This document shows positions 21,818-31,275 of a stretch of 64,000 nucleotides of DNA, in pieces (the stretch's first letter is position 1; every line of letters starts with the position of its first letter). The DNA is from Candidatus Omnitrophota bacterium (lineage in GTDB: Bacteria > Omnitrophota > Gorgyraeia > Zapsychrales > JANLHA01). Under the pieces are notes generated by a model, which did not search any database, was not told the origin of the DNA, and worked only from the letters and a program-made list of their open reading frames with translations. Made by a program: the position numbers and the translations under genes. The stretch covers positions 1,519 to 65,518 of the forward strand of contig JAHFFT010000008.1 in assembly GCA_023247795.1 (NCBI GenBank), read 5' to 3'.

Positions 21818-22956
21818 GTTCCACCAAAAATAAACATCTCGTTCTCGTTGCTGGGGAAGCATCCGGCGACTTGCTCGCCGCCCATCTCGTTGAAGAAATC
21901 AAACAACTGGACCCCTCCATCACTTTTTCCGGTATCGGCGGCGAAAAACTGAGTGCTTTAGGCGTTGAGCTCTATGATGACTTGACACGAAAAGCCGTAG
22001 TCGGATTCTGGGAAGTCGTTAAAAATTTTGCGCAGATCAAAAAAGTCTTTGACCGGCTGGTCGTAAAAATCAAAGAAATCCGACCGAGCGCGGTCATCCT
22101 CATCGATTATCCCGGATTTAACCTGCGCCTAGCCAAGGTGCTCCATCAAGCCGGAATCAAAGTGATCTATTACGTGAGTCCCCAGGTCTGGGCCTGGAAG
22201 GCATCACGGGTCGAACAGATCAGAAAATTTACCGATCGGCTGCTGGTTTTGTTCGAATTTGAAAAAGATTTCTACGCCCGTCGAGGCTTGACTGTGGAAT
22301 TTGTTGGACATCCCTTGCTCGAGTCGGTGAAGCCCATTCACTCAAGAGATGATATTGTCGAAGGATTGGATTTGTCGCCGACAAAAACAACCATTGGTCT
22401 TTTACCTGGCTCGCGGGAAAAAGAAATTGACCTGCACCTGCCGATCATGCTCGAGACCGCTGCCATACTTTTCAAAAAAAATCAGGATCTGCAATTTCTG
22501 CTCATCAAAGCACCGACGATCTCATTGGCCATACTGCGGCAACATCTGACCCAACATGATCTACCAATCAAGATTGTTGAAAATAACAGCTATGACGGAA
22601 TTTCCGTCTGCGACCTCTGTGTGGTTGCCTCTGGAACAGCGACGATCGAGACCGCGATCCTTAAAAAACCAATGGTCATCATCTATAAAACATCCCCCTT
22701 CAGTTATTTTCTTGCCAAGCGATTGATCAAAATCCCCTGGATTGGCATGGTCAATGTGGTCAGACAAAAAACCATTGTACCGGAATTGATCCAGAACAAC
22801 GCGTCTCCGGAAAAAATCGCGCTGACGGTTGAAGGACTTTATCGGAATGAAGAAAAGATGCGGGACATGATTTCGGAATTGGAACGGGTGAGACAAGTCT
22901 TAGGCGCTCCCGGCGCCAGCCGTCGGGCCGCCGAGATCATTCTAAAAATCATTTAA
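21814..22956 (+). CDS. lpxB: Lipid-A-disaccharide synthase
   Basis: VLVAGEASGD and YYVSPQVWAWK motifs; start at ATG 21814 (MSSTKNKHLVLVAG) rather than the long ORF-track extension. Confidence 0.85.
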   Translation: MSSTKNKHLVLVAGEASGDLLAAHLVEEIKQLDPSITFSGIGGEKLSALGVELYDDLTRKAVVGFWEVVKNFAQIKKVFDRLVVKIKEIRPSAVILIDYPGFNLRLAKVLHQAGIKVIYYVSPQVWAWKASRVEQIRKFTDRLLVLFEFEKDFYARRGLTVEFVGHPLLESVKPIHSRDDIVEGLDLSPTKTTIGLLPGSREKEIDLHLPIMLETAAILFKKNQDLQFLLIKAPTISLAILRQHLTQHDLPIKIVENNSYDGISVCDLCVVASGTATIETAILKKPMVIIYKTSPFSYFLAKRLIKIPWIGMVNVVRQKTIVPELIQNNASPEKIALTVEGLYRNEEKMRDMISELERVRQVLGAPGASRRAAEIILKII

Positions 22957-23082
22957 CTGAAAATTTATAATGTGCCCCCTCCCCGCCAGCCCCGCCATAG
23001 GCGGGGCAAGGGGGAGGGAATAATTCAATATGTAAATTCCCCTCCACTTGTGGGAGGGGTTAGGGGAGGGGTACAAACAATT
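22957..23082. terminator. GC-rich compound palindrome between convergent lpxB and cysteine-rich gene (bidirectional terminator-like)
   Basis: ccccgcc-ata-ggcgggg hairpin plus cccctccac-ttg-tgggagggg hairpin, flanked by ctgaaaatt / aatttcag inverted arms. Confidence 0.5.
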
Positions 23083-23583
23083 TCAGTGACAATCTTCCGG
23101 ACAATTGCAACGGGTCTCAAACTGGCCGCAAATCCCGTCGCCGCAAGGAATGCAGATAGGGATATTAAAAATCGAATTCTTGCCTTCCATATCGCAGGTG
23201 CCATCTAAAAATTCAATCCCGCAACGTTTGACCAGACCCTTGCAGCATGCCACGTCCTGGCCGGCATAAGCCAAATCACCGCATTCAGCTGGCTCGCCAG
23301 ACATTTTGTAATGACAAATCTTTTCTTTGGAACAACTCTCCATGACCGCGCAAAATTCTTCCGGGCAATATTGCACCGGAATCTGCAGACACTCCACAGG
23401 AGCGCAGAGTTTGACCGAGCAATCCTCGTCGCTGCCAACACAACGCAATTGACAAACCCCCGGAGGGCAGACGTGATTTTTTTCGTACTCTTCAACGCAA
23501 TGATCAAGCATTTTCTGATTGATGGCAAAAGCGGTCGCGCAACATAAAAACAAAAAAAAGCCCGCAATGCTGAACTTTTTCAT
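23083..23583 (-). CDS. Secreted cysteine-rich protein (hypothetical)
   Basis: Signal peptide MKKFSIAGFFLFLCCATAFA, then ~150 aa with ~27 Cys in CxxxC/CC/CxC spacing; no family recognised. Confidence 0.5.
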   Translation of the reverse strand: MKKFSIAGFFLFLCCATAFAINQKMLDHCVEEYEKNHVCPPGVCQLRCVGSDEDCSVKLCAPVECLQIPVQYCPEEFCAVMESCSKEKICHYKMSGEPAECGDLAYAGQDVACCKGLVKRCGIEFLDGTCDMEGKNSIFNIPICIPCGDGICGQFETRCNCPEDCH

Positions 23584-24548
23584 ATTTTCTCCACTGTCGA
23601 AGCTTTGACCCAACCGGATTTACCATCGGAACGAAAGATTTTTAGCCATTCCCCGTCCTGGTCTAAAATCTTGACCTTCCCACCCTCTTGCAAAAGATAG
23701 TGCGTCGTCGCAGCATCGCGCGGCTCAAACCTCGCCGGGGTTTCGACCAAGGACACGGCTTGCTCCTTCTCCATCTGGACTTTTAACAGGAGACCGCCGC
23801 CGTAAATCACAAACAAAATGACAACACCTCCCAACAAAAAAACCTTCCCACGATTTTGCCAGCCCCAAAACAGCGAAGCAAGAATGATCGCCCCTAAAAA
23901 TGCCAACAAAACAAAAGCAATGATGGCCATTTCATCTAAAGAGTAAAATGAAAGATGCGAGGTTAGAACCATTTGCCAAAAATTAGTAGGCATCGATATC
24001 GGAGTCTTCAGCAACGATTGGGCATAAGCATCATTGGCTTTCAAATCCGGGTCACGAGGGATCAAACGTTTGGCCCGTTCATAATTCAAAATCGCTTTGC
24101 CGAGATGGTCGGCCTTAACATAACTGTTGGCCAAATTAAAGTAAAGCGGCCCGCTTACCCATCCATCGCTGATAATCTTTTCATAAGCCTCCGCGGCCTT
24201 GGCATAGTCACCTTGCTGATAAGCGGTATTACCTTGCGCGAAAAGCAAATTTTCCTGAGACAAATTGGTGTCAGCCGCACAAACTGGTCCGATCAGAAAT
24301 AAAACAATGAGTAAAATTTGGCCAAAAATGATTCCTCGTTGATACCTGCTCTGGAGCCGGACGTCGCGAGGACGAGCGGGCACGGTTCCCCCGCCAAGGC
24401 GGGGGAGAGCGAGGACGAGCGTCGAGCGTAGACCAGACACGCTGGGGCTGGGCAAACGTTCCGGCGAATGGCCAGCAGGAATCGACAAAAGCTTCTCACC
24501 AAACAATTTTATGCAAAGCTTTAAAAAATCACATCGTTTCATCGCCAT
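23580..24548 (-). CDS. BatE-like TPR + SH3b protein (Bat operon terminal gene)
   Basis: TPR-like region (AAEAYEKII, ANSYVKADHLGKAILNYERA), TM segment, C-terminal GEWLKIFRSDGKSGWV SH3b-like motif. N-terminal ~70 aa are atypical and contain an embedded hairpin repeat; start codon uncertain. Confidence 0.5.
   Translation of the reverse strand: MAMKRCDFLKLCIKLFGEKLLSIPAGHSPERLPSPSVSGLRSTLVLALPRLGGGTVPARPRDVRLQSRYQRGIIFGQILLIVLFLIGPVCAADTNLSQENLLFAQGNTAYQQGDYAKAAEAYEKIISDGWVSGPLYFNLANSYVKADHLGKAILNYERAKRLIPRDPDLKANDAYAQSLLKTPISMPTNFWQMVLTSHLSFYSLDEMAIIAFVLLAFLGAIILASLFWGWQNRGKVFLLGGVVILFVIYGGGLLLKVQMEKEQAVSLVETPARFEPRDAATTHYLLQEGGKVKILDQDGEWLKIFRSDGKSGWVKASTVEKI
24366..24421. repeat. 13-bp direct repeat (gcgaggacgagcg) flanking a GC hairpin (cccccgcc-aa-ggcggggg) inside the 5' part of the batE-like ORF
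   Basis: Directly visible in sequence. Confidence 0.7.
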
Positions 24549-26380
24549 CGCCTTTCGAAATGATCAATGATCTCTTGGGTCTGTTGAAGACTCTTTTGCA
24601 TTTTTTCTCGATCCGTTTGAGTCGAGGCAAAGCGGACCATCTCACAATCGTTAAAAACCGACCTTAACCCTTCAAAGACATCCTCTTTGATGGCACGCGC
24701 CTGGCCTTGCTGTTTGATGAGATCAACCGTGATCGCTCCGGTCGAGACATGCAAACGATGACTGAAATAATTCTGCAGGGTCTTAAAGAGCGTGTCGTAA
24801 AAATCTTTTTGCTCGCCCTTTTGCATGTGCAACTTCGCCTGCTGAAGACCACTGCGAGCATACCGCGGGGCTTGCAACCGGCGAGCCAGTTTGACGTCTA
24901 GCTTAAGCCGACGCTGGATGAAATGGGTCACCAACAGCGCCGTCCAAATGATGAGATAAAGGATCGCGCCTAAAACAAAAAACACATTCGCGAAAATCGG
25001 TTCCGCGACCTTCCTCCACCGCCCTGGATGCTCTTTGATAAAACGGATGTCCTGCCCCAGGGTTTCCTTCTGTTCAAAAACAGCGGTGGTGGGGACCGGC
25101 AACTGGGCACCAACGACCTTGAGGGCCTCGGCCTCTGAAAGAGGTTCCACCTTAATCGGGAAGGGGCCTTTCGTGATCGTCGCGTAAGCGCCTTTCACGA
25201 CATCAAAATAGGAAAATGTCAGCGCTGGAATCTCGCTGATTTTATCGTTTTTCGGGATATACACTTGCTCGGACACGATCCGGCCGTTTTCTTCTTTGGT
25301 CTGCGGCTCGTAAGTTTTGAAATTTTGTGAATCATTGATCGTCGGCAACTGGACGTTATTGAGGTTTCCTTCTCCGGAAATTTGTAAGCGGACCGTCAAC
25401 GGATCTCCCACCTTTACCGTTGGTGGTGAAACCTGGACGTCAAAATCAAACTGTCCAATGGCACCAGAAAAATCATTTGGTTTTCCCTCATCGGGCAATG
25501 CCCGGACATTCATCTTCAAATCCGTCGATGCCAGTTGCATGGAACGCACATCATAATTGTTAAAAACACTATCAAAAACACTGTCGCCAAAAAATCGGTC
25601 AAATGGGTCCGCGGAACGGTTCGATTTCTTTTGGTCCTGAAAGACAACATTAACCACTTCCTGGGCCGGGCCCAGGCTCAATTCACCGACCCGCGTGGGA
25701 TAAATATTAGTCTTGAACTCAGCGACCCCATAACGGACTCCATCAATGACCTGCTCATACCGTTTGGGTTCCTGCCAGGGATCGACGAGAAATCCCTCAT
25801 GACTAAATTCCGGATAACGGATCTCCTGTAAAGAGACCCCATTGTTCAAAAACTTAATGGTCAACGGAATTTTTTCGTTGAGATACCCTTCCCTTTTCGG
25901 AGTTCCCATCACCAAAAATAGCCGCTCACTCAGACTTGATCCGGCGACACCTTGTCCATTGTTTCCTGCCGCTGGTGTTGACATCTTCACAACATCGACG
26001 GAGATAGGGTCACTGTGAAAGGTCTGTCCGTTAAAAGTCAACTCCAATGAAGGAATGGTGAACTGCCCGACCTTGAGCGCGGCCAAGCTGTACATAAACG
26101 TGATTTGGCTGGTCTGCTGGCCATTGATGAACTGCACTTGTGTCTCCGGCCCTAAATAGCGTGATTCAAAACCATCAATGGGAGGAAGTCTGAGCGGTTC
26201 TGCCGACTGAACACCATGCAAGGTCACATTCAACTGCAAAGCTTGCCCCACCTCGACCTGCTTACTGTCAACGGTAACTTCAAAATCGACATCCTGGCCC
26301 GCCCATGACCGCGAAACATAACAGCACAAGCCCAAAAGGAAAAACATCAAAACACATTTGAAATGAAACTTTCGTAACAT
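24539..26380 (-). CDS. BatD-like protein
   Basis: 613 aa, signal peptide, C-terminal TM helix followed by cytoplasmic tail; position and size match BatD of Bat operons. Confidence 0.65.
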   Translation of the reverse strand: MLRKFHFKCVLMFFLLGLCCYVSRSWAGQDVDFEVTVDSKQVEVGQALQLNVTLHGVQSAEPLRLPPIDGFESRYLGPETQVQFINGQQTSQITFMYSLAALKVGQFTIPSLELTFNGQTFHSDPISVDVVKMSTPAAGNNGQGVAGSSLSERLFLVMGTPKREGYLNEKIPLTIKFLNNGVSLQEIRYPEFSHEGFLVDPWQEPKRYEQVIDGVRYGVAEFKTNIYPTRVGELSLGPAQEVVNVVFQDQKKSNRSADPFDRFFGDSVFDSVFNNYDVRSMQLASTDLKMNVRALPDEGKPNDFSGAIGQFDFDVQVSPPTVKVGDPLTVRLQISGEGNLNNVQLPTINDSQNFKTYEPQTKEENGRIVSEQVYIPKNDKISEIPALTFSYFDVVKGAYATITKGPFPIKVEPLSEAEALKVVGAQLPVPTTAVFEQKETLGQDIRFIKEHPGRWRKVAEPIFANVFFVLGAILYLIIWTALLVTHFIQRRLKLDVKLARRLQAPRYARSGLQQAKLHMQKGEQKDFYDTLFKTLQNYFSHRLHVSTGAITVDLIKQQGQARAIKEDVFEGLRSVFNDCEMVRFASTQTDREKMQKSLQQTQEIIDHFERRWR

Positions 26381-27303
26381 TACCAGTCCTTTGCTACCGG
26401 CTGTTCTCGTCGTAATCCAGGCACAAATTGCAATAACCCAAGTGGTTCTTCCTTTTTTTGATATTGGTTCAGCATCATCTGGGCTTCTTGCGGCGTCAGT
26501 TCCTTTTGATCCTGGGCTTGGCCTTGTCCGGCTGAAGAATTCGAAGAGGAATTCTTTTTTTCTCCCTGCTCTCCCGCGGCCTGCTGACCTTGCTGTTCTT
26601 CCTTATTTTTATTTTCCTCTTGCGCCTGAGAATCAGCAGAAGACTTTTCTTGGGTCTGCTGATCACCGGTGGATGTGTTTTCCGAAGAGCTCTTTTGCCC
26701 CTGCCCTTCTTGCTGCTTTTGTGACGAATTGCCTGATTGCGATTTATCTTGCGGTTCTTGCTGCCCTTGCTTTCCTTGATCTTTATTTTGCTGATTCTGT
26801 TCCGCCTTTTTTTGCTTTTCTTTCAAACGTCGCAATTCTTTTTTAACAAATTCAAGATTGGCTTTGGCATCTTCGTCTTTGCTATCCAAACCAATGGCCT
26901 GCTGATACGCGTCGAGCGATTTTTCCAGATCGCCAACGGCCTGTTCGATATTTTTATCCTCCCGCGCTGTTCCCCGACGGTAATCATTGCTGCCAAGATT
27001 GTAATACGCCTTTTGCCGCAAATGATCATCTCGCGTCAACAGTGATTTTTGCAGATGCTCGTCAGCTTGGTCGTATTGTCCAGCCTTGTGATAAGCGGTT
27101 CCCAAATCAAAATTGATGCGGTCAGATTCCTGATCTTTTTTCAGCGCATCCTGGTAATGCCCGACAGCACCGGTAAAGTCCTGCTTGGCAAAGAGGGCGT
27201 TGCCCGCTTTCACCGCCGCTTCCTTCGAAGCCGCCCAACAAAATTGCGAACATACCAGGTACGATACTATGAGCAAAATGGTTTTACAAATGTTAATCCG
27301 CAT
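26380..27303 (-). CDS. BatC-like TPR protein with Q/E/K-rich low-complexity tail
   Basis: Signal peptide, TPR repeats (AGNALFAKQDFTGAVGHYQDAL, LGTAYHKAGQYDQADEHL), long QGQ/EEQ low-complexity region. Confidence 0.6.
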   Translation of the reverse strand: MRINICKTILLIVSYLVCSQFCWAASKEAAVKAGNALFAKQDFTGAVGHYQDALKKDQESDRINFDLGTAYHKAGQYDQADEHLQKSLLTRDDHLRQKAYYNLGSNDYRRGTAREDKNIEQAVGDLEKSLDAYQQAIGLDSKDEDAKANLEFVKKELRRLKEKQKKAEQNQQNKDQGKQGQQEPQDKSQSGNSSQKQQEGQGQKSSSENTSTGDQQTQEKSSADSQAQEENKNKEEQQGQQAAGEQGEKKNSSSNSSAGQGQAQDQKELTPQEAQMMLNQYQKKEEPLGLLQFVPGLRREQPVAKDW

Positions 27304-28300
27304 CTTTTTTCCGGGTTGCGATGGTGGTTTCCCAAATCAGTAAAATCAGGGCCAGACCTAAGGGCATCTGAAACCGTTCAAAATATTTTTTCTCCTGCTT
27401 GGCTTCGATATCACGCTTCTCGAGCTTTGACAACTCCTGTTCATAAATCAGGTCAAGTCCGAACTTCGCTCCGCTCGCACGGACATAGATCCCTCCGGTC
27501 GTCAGCGCGATCTGCTGCAACAAATTTTCATTCAACCGCGATTTGACAAAATTGCCCTGGCTGTCTTTTAAAAATTCCCATTCTCCCGACGGGTTTTGAA
27601 CACGGATCAGTTCACCTTCTTGGGTTCCGATCCCAACACAGTAAATTTTGATCCCCTTATCCTTGGCCTGTTTGGCCATGGCCAGGGGTTCATTCTCCAA
27701 ATTCTCACCATCGGTCAGGATGATAATGGCTTTATGCTGACTCTCGGTGTTCTGCGTTTGTTTCATGGCCTCCTCAATGGCCAAGGCGATATTCGTTCCT
27801 CCTCGAGGAATCGTGTCCGTGTTCAAATTTTCCAAACTCATCATGACCCCGCTGTAATCCGCGGTCAATGGACAAATCGGAAAAGCCGAGCCGGCAAAGG
27901 CCACAATGCTGATCCGGTCGCCCCGCAATTCTTTCAACAAATCTTTGACCGCGAGCTTGGTGCGCTCAAGCCGGTTGGGTTTGACGTCCTGGGTGAGCAT
28001 ACTCTTTGAGACGTCGACGGCAACCACCAGATCAATCCCATGCCGTTTGACGTCCTGCCACTCATATCCCCACTGAGGCCGCGCCAAAACAATGATACTG
28101 AAAACAAAAACGAGAATGAACAAAACCGCTTTCAAACGGACCGCCTGGCCATGGACACTGCGATTGATTTCCGATAGCATTTGCCCCCGAGCAAAACGTT
28201 CCAGCACCTTCTGCCGGTTCTTCACCGACCAGACCAGCAAGGCAGCCAAAACCGGCAGCAACCAGAGTCCCAATAACATCGATGGATGTTCAAAACGCAT
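27293..28300 (-). CDS. VWA-domain protein (BatB-like)
   Basis: Two N-terminal TM helices and VWA MIDAS motif DLVVAVDVSKSM ... TDGEN. Confidence 0.75.
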   Translation of the reverse strand: MRFEHPSMLLGLWLLPVLAALLVWSVKNRQKVLERFARGQMLSEINRSVHGQAVRLKAVLFILVFVFSIIVLARPQWGYEWQDVKRHGIDLVVAVDVSKSMLTQDVKPNRLERTKLAVKDLLKELRGDRISIVAFAGSAFPICPLTADYSGVMMSLENLNTDTIPRGGTNIALAIEEAMKQTQNTESQHKAIIILTDGENLENEPLAMAKQAKDKGIKIYCVGIGTQEGELIRVQNPSGEWEFLKDSQGNFVKSRLNENLLQQIALTTGGIYVRASGAKFGLDLIYEQELSKLEKRDIEAKQEKKYFERFQMPLGLALILLIWETTIATRKKDAD

Positions 28301-29295
28301 CAGGGCACCTTAAGCAATATTGTTTGTGACAAAATCATCTCGAGCATGAGCAGTACTAAAGCCGCGGATAAAACATAAACAAACAGTTCCTTGTATTCCC
28401 GATAACCGAATTCTTCTATTTTAGTTTTTTCAAGCTGATCGATTTCTTTATAAATCGCTTTGAGCTGGTCGGTATCCTTTGCCCGGAAATAGCGGGCATG
28501 GGTCTGTTGGGCGATTTGCTGCAAGGTCTCCTCATCGATTTCAACCAAGGCCTGACGATAGACTTGCCGGCCCCAGATGTCCTGCCCGGGATAAGGGGCA
28601 TACCCGTCGGTGCCGGCACCGATCGTATAGACTTTAACACCCATGGCCTCGGCGGTCTTGGCGGCAACAAGCGGCTCGGTGTCCCCGGCATTGTTGATCC
28701 CATCGGTTAAAAGCACAATGATTTTACTCTTGGCCTTACTTTGCTTTAACCTTGACAACGATGACATGATCCCGGAACCAATCGCGGTCCCGTCTTCCAG
28801 CGTGTTCAATTCAATGCGATCAAGATTGCTTTTCAGCCAATGATGATCGGTGGTCAGCGGACTCGCGGTATAAGCACGTCCGCCAAAAGCGATCAATCCG
28901 ATACGGTCGTCTTTACGCGCGTCAATAAAATCATCCACCACTTTTTTAATCACATAAAGCCGGTTGAAACGCTTGCCTTCGATTTGAAAATCTTCCGCAG
29001 CCATACTCCCAGAGGCATCAATCGCCAAAACAATGTCAATCCCCTCGACAAAATGCTTGGTTTCTTCCAAGACCTGACGAGGTCCTGCCAAGGCAATCAC
29101 AAAAAGAACAATCGCGACCAGCCGCAGATAAAATGGCACCCCGCTGAACCGCACCTTCCAAGTCAACGGCAAGGCGCTCAAGATTCCAGCGTCAGGAAAA
29201 CGCAAGCTGGGGATCTCTCGACGCTTCTTCTGCCAAAAAAGAAAGACGATGATCAATGGAATCAGAATTAAAAGCCAGGGGGTTTTGAAAATCAT
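28300..29295 (-). CDS. VWA-domain protein (BatA-like)
   Basis: TM N-terminus, MIDAS DIVLAIDASGSM ... LTDGINNAG. Confidence 0.75.
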   Translation of the reverse strand: MIFKTPWLLILIPLIIVFLFWQKKRREIPSLRFPDAGILSALPLTWKVRFSGVPFYLRLVAIVLFVIALAGPRQVLEETKHFVEGIDIVLAIDASGSMAAEDFQIEGKRFNRLYVIKKVVDDFIDARKDDRIGLIAFGGRAYTASPLTTDHHWLKSNLDRIELNTLEDGTAIGSGIMSSLSRLKQSKAKSKIIVLLTDGINNAGDTEPLVAAKTAEAMGVKVYTIGAGTDGYAPYPGQDIWGRQVYRQALVEIDEETLQQIAQQTHARYFRAKDTDQLKAIYKEIDQLEKTKIEEFGYREYKELFVYVLSAALVLLMLEMILSQTILLKVP

Positions 29296-29370
29296 TTTTC
29301 CAGTTGCAAGTTTCAGGTCTCAAGTCTCAAGTTACTTGTGGCTTGAGACCTGTCACTTGAGACTTTACTC
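29296..29370. repeat. Intergenic palindromic element, GTCTCAAG family, copy 2
   Basis: Perfect 11-bp inverted repeat caggtctcaag ... cttgagacctg with tandem ctcaagt units; overlaps the 3' end of the DUF4381 ORF. Confidence 0.6.
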
Positions 29371-29924
29371 GTTTCGTCCACCAGCTGTCTCGCCAGCCGG
29401 TAGCCCTTTTGCATCTCATCCGTATTGGATTGATACGTGGCAAACTTCACCATGTCGCAGCAAATCAAAAATTCCTTCAAAGCAAATTTTTGATTTTCAT
29501 TCAAAGCTTGTGAAGCCCGTAACGAAAATAAAAATTCCTCGGTTGTCATTTCCGGAGCCTGGATTGAAAACCGCCCCTCGATATACCGACGGACAATGTC
29601 AGATAAGCGGATATAGTATTCTTTGATCCTTCCCTGCCGGGGAAGGTCTTCTCTCACCAGCTGCTCGAGTTGTTGATAAGCGACGACCCAAGGCGGCGGT
29701 GGCGGGGCCGCCAGCGGTTTTGATTTTGCTTTCCATGACTTAAAAAAAAGTCGCAACAGAACAATGAGCAATCCCAAAGCCAGCAATCCAACAACACCGT
29801 AAATCCACCAAAGGTTGGCCGGCAGATCCAGCGGCGGTTTGACATCCTTGAGTTCCTCGGCACTCGATAGCACGGGGAAGCAAAAGAAAAGAAAAAGTCC
29901 GAATTTAAAAATTTTTTTATTCAC
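29313..29924 (-). CDS. DUF4381-like membrane protein of Bat operon
   Basis: Signal peptide, TM helix, PPPPPW motif; position between DUF58 and BatA as in canonical Bat operons. C-terminal ~15 aa are read through the palindromic element, so true stop may be earlier. Confidence 0.5.
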   Translation of the reverse strand: MNKKIFKFGLFLFFCFPVLSSAEELKDVKPPLDLPANLWWIYGVVGLLALGLLIVLLRLFFKSWKAKSKPLAAPPPPPWVVAYQQLEQLVREDLPRQGRIKEYYIRLSDIVRRYIEGRFSIQAPEMTTEEFLFSLRASQALNENQKFALKEFLICCDMVKFATYQSNTDEMQKGYRLARQLVDETSKVSSDRSQATSNLRLET

Positions 29925-30882
29925 GACTAACTCGCTTGCGGCGCTTTAAAAAAAATTTCACCAAGGCATCAGCATAAGATTGATCGGTTGAAATATCGAT
30001 ATGATCAACCCCGATCGAATTGAATAAACGGTCCCGATGCAGCAAACGCTGCTCGGATTGCCGTCGATACTCTTCTCTTGTCTTTCGATCCGAGGTATCC
30101 ACAAGTCTTAACTCCGCGGTCTCGGCATCATGAATTTGTAAAAGCCCGCAATCAGGAAGTTCGCGTTCCCTGGGATCGTTCAAAGTGATGGCGATCAGAT
30201 CGTGCCGTTTGTTGGCAATCGCCAAGGCCTTTTTGAATTTCGGTTCTCCTTTTGATCCGGATTCAAAAAAATCCGAAATCAAAAACGACACGGCCCTGCG
30301 GGTCGTGACTTTGCTCAAATATTCGAGGGCCCGGGAAATATCAGTGGCACGGTGACGCGGCTCAAAGTACAAAACTTCCCGGATCACCCTTAAAACATTT
30401 TGATTCCCTTTTCGCGGCGGGATGAATTTTTCAATTTGATCGGTAAAAATGACCAAACCAACTTTATCGTTATTGCGGATGGCTGAAAAAGCCAAGACCG
30501 CCGCGATCTCAGCGGCGAGCTTGCTCTTCAATTCATTGGCCGAGGAAAATCTCGTCGAGTATGAGGCATCGACCAAAAGCATGACCGTCATCTCCCGTTC
30601 CTCAACGTATTTTTTGACGTGGGCGCGGCCGGTGCGGGCGGTCACATTCCAATCGATCGTGCGGATATCATCACCGAATTGATACTCCCTGACCTCATCA
30701 AACTCCATGCCGCGGCCTTTGAAAACGCTCTTGTACTGGCCGGCAAAAACATCACTGACCAGCCGGTTGGTGGTGATCTGAATCCGTCGGACTTTTTGAA
30801 AAAGTTCTTTCTGTAACATACAAAAGTGCCCCTGAGCCCCTGTTACCCGTACTCCAGTTAAAAAATTTTGTAAAACTTCCAT
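29917..30882 (-). CDS. DUF58-domain protein (MoxR partner)
   Basis: 321 aa; EVREYQFGDDIRTIDWNVTAR motif typical of DUF58. Confidence 0.75.
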   Translation of the reverse strand: MEVLQNFLTGVRVTGAQGHFCMLQKELFQKVRRIQITTNRLVSDVFAGQYKSVFKGRGMEFDEVREYQFGDDIRTIDWNVTARTGRAHVKKYVEEREMTVMLLVDASYSTRFSSANELKSKLAAEIAAVLAFSAIRNNDKVGLVIFTDQIEKFIPPRKGNQNVLRVIREVLYFEPRHRATDISRALEYLSKVTTRRAVSFLISDFFESGSKGEPKFKKALAIANKRHDLIAITLNDPRERELPDCGLLQIHDAETAELRLVDTSDRKTREEYRRQSEQRLLHRDRLFNSIGVDHIDISTDQSYADALVKFFLKRRKRVSRE

Positions 30883-31214
30883 AACAAACTTCCCACAGCC
30901 AACCTCGAATCCTGTAATAACTTATGATCATTCTTATCTAAAAACTGAAGCTTTTCCGAAAAATCAATCAAATATTCCGTCTCCGCTAATGACCCTAAAG
31001 CTATTGCCAAAAACTGTTTGAATTCTTTCCGACTCTTACGCGCATACCCCTCAACAATGTTTAAGGGAACTGAAAGCGAATATCTTCTCAGTTGAGAAGT
31101 AATTCCATACACCTCTTCTCTAGGAAACTTCCTTGTTATCAAATAAACCGTTCTTGCTAATTCATCTGCTTTCTGCCAAACAATCAATTTCTTATAACCT
31201 GCCTCTCCCATCAC
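30858..31214 (-). CDS. Four-helix-bundle protein (TIGR02436-like, 23S rRNA intervening-sequence-protein family)
   Basis: 118 aa; KLIVWQKADELARTVY ... NIVEGYARKSRKEFKQFLAIALGSLAETEY pattern. Confidence 0.6.
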   Translation of the reverse strand: MMGEAGYKKLIVWQKADELARTVYLITRKFPREEVYGITSQLRRYSLSVPLNIVEGYARKSRKEFKQFLAIALGSLAETEYLIDFSEKLQFLDKNDHKLLQDSRLAVGSLLWKFYKIF

Positions 31215-31275
31215 AAACCCCTTTCTTTTCTATTACTTTTTCTGGGGGACTTGTAACTGGGGACTTGTTGCTAAA

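Noticed and set aside
26450-26830. Low-complexity DNA (ctg/ttg/ctc-rich) that could be mistaken for a simple repeat or CRISPR-like array
   Set aside because: It is the Q/E/K/G-rich low-complexity tail of the BatC-like TPR protein, with no regular repeat-spacer periodicity. No CRISPR array is present anywhere in the window.
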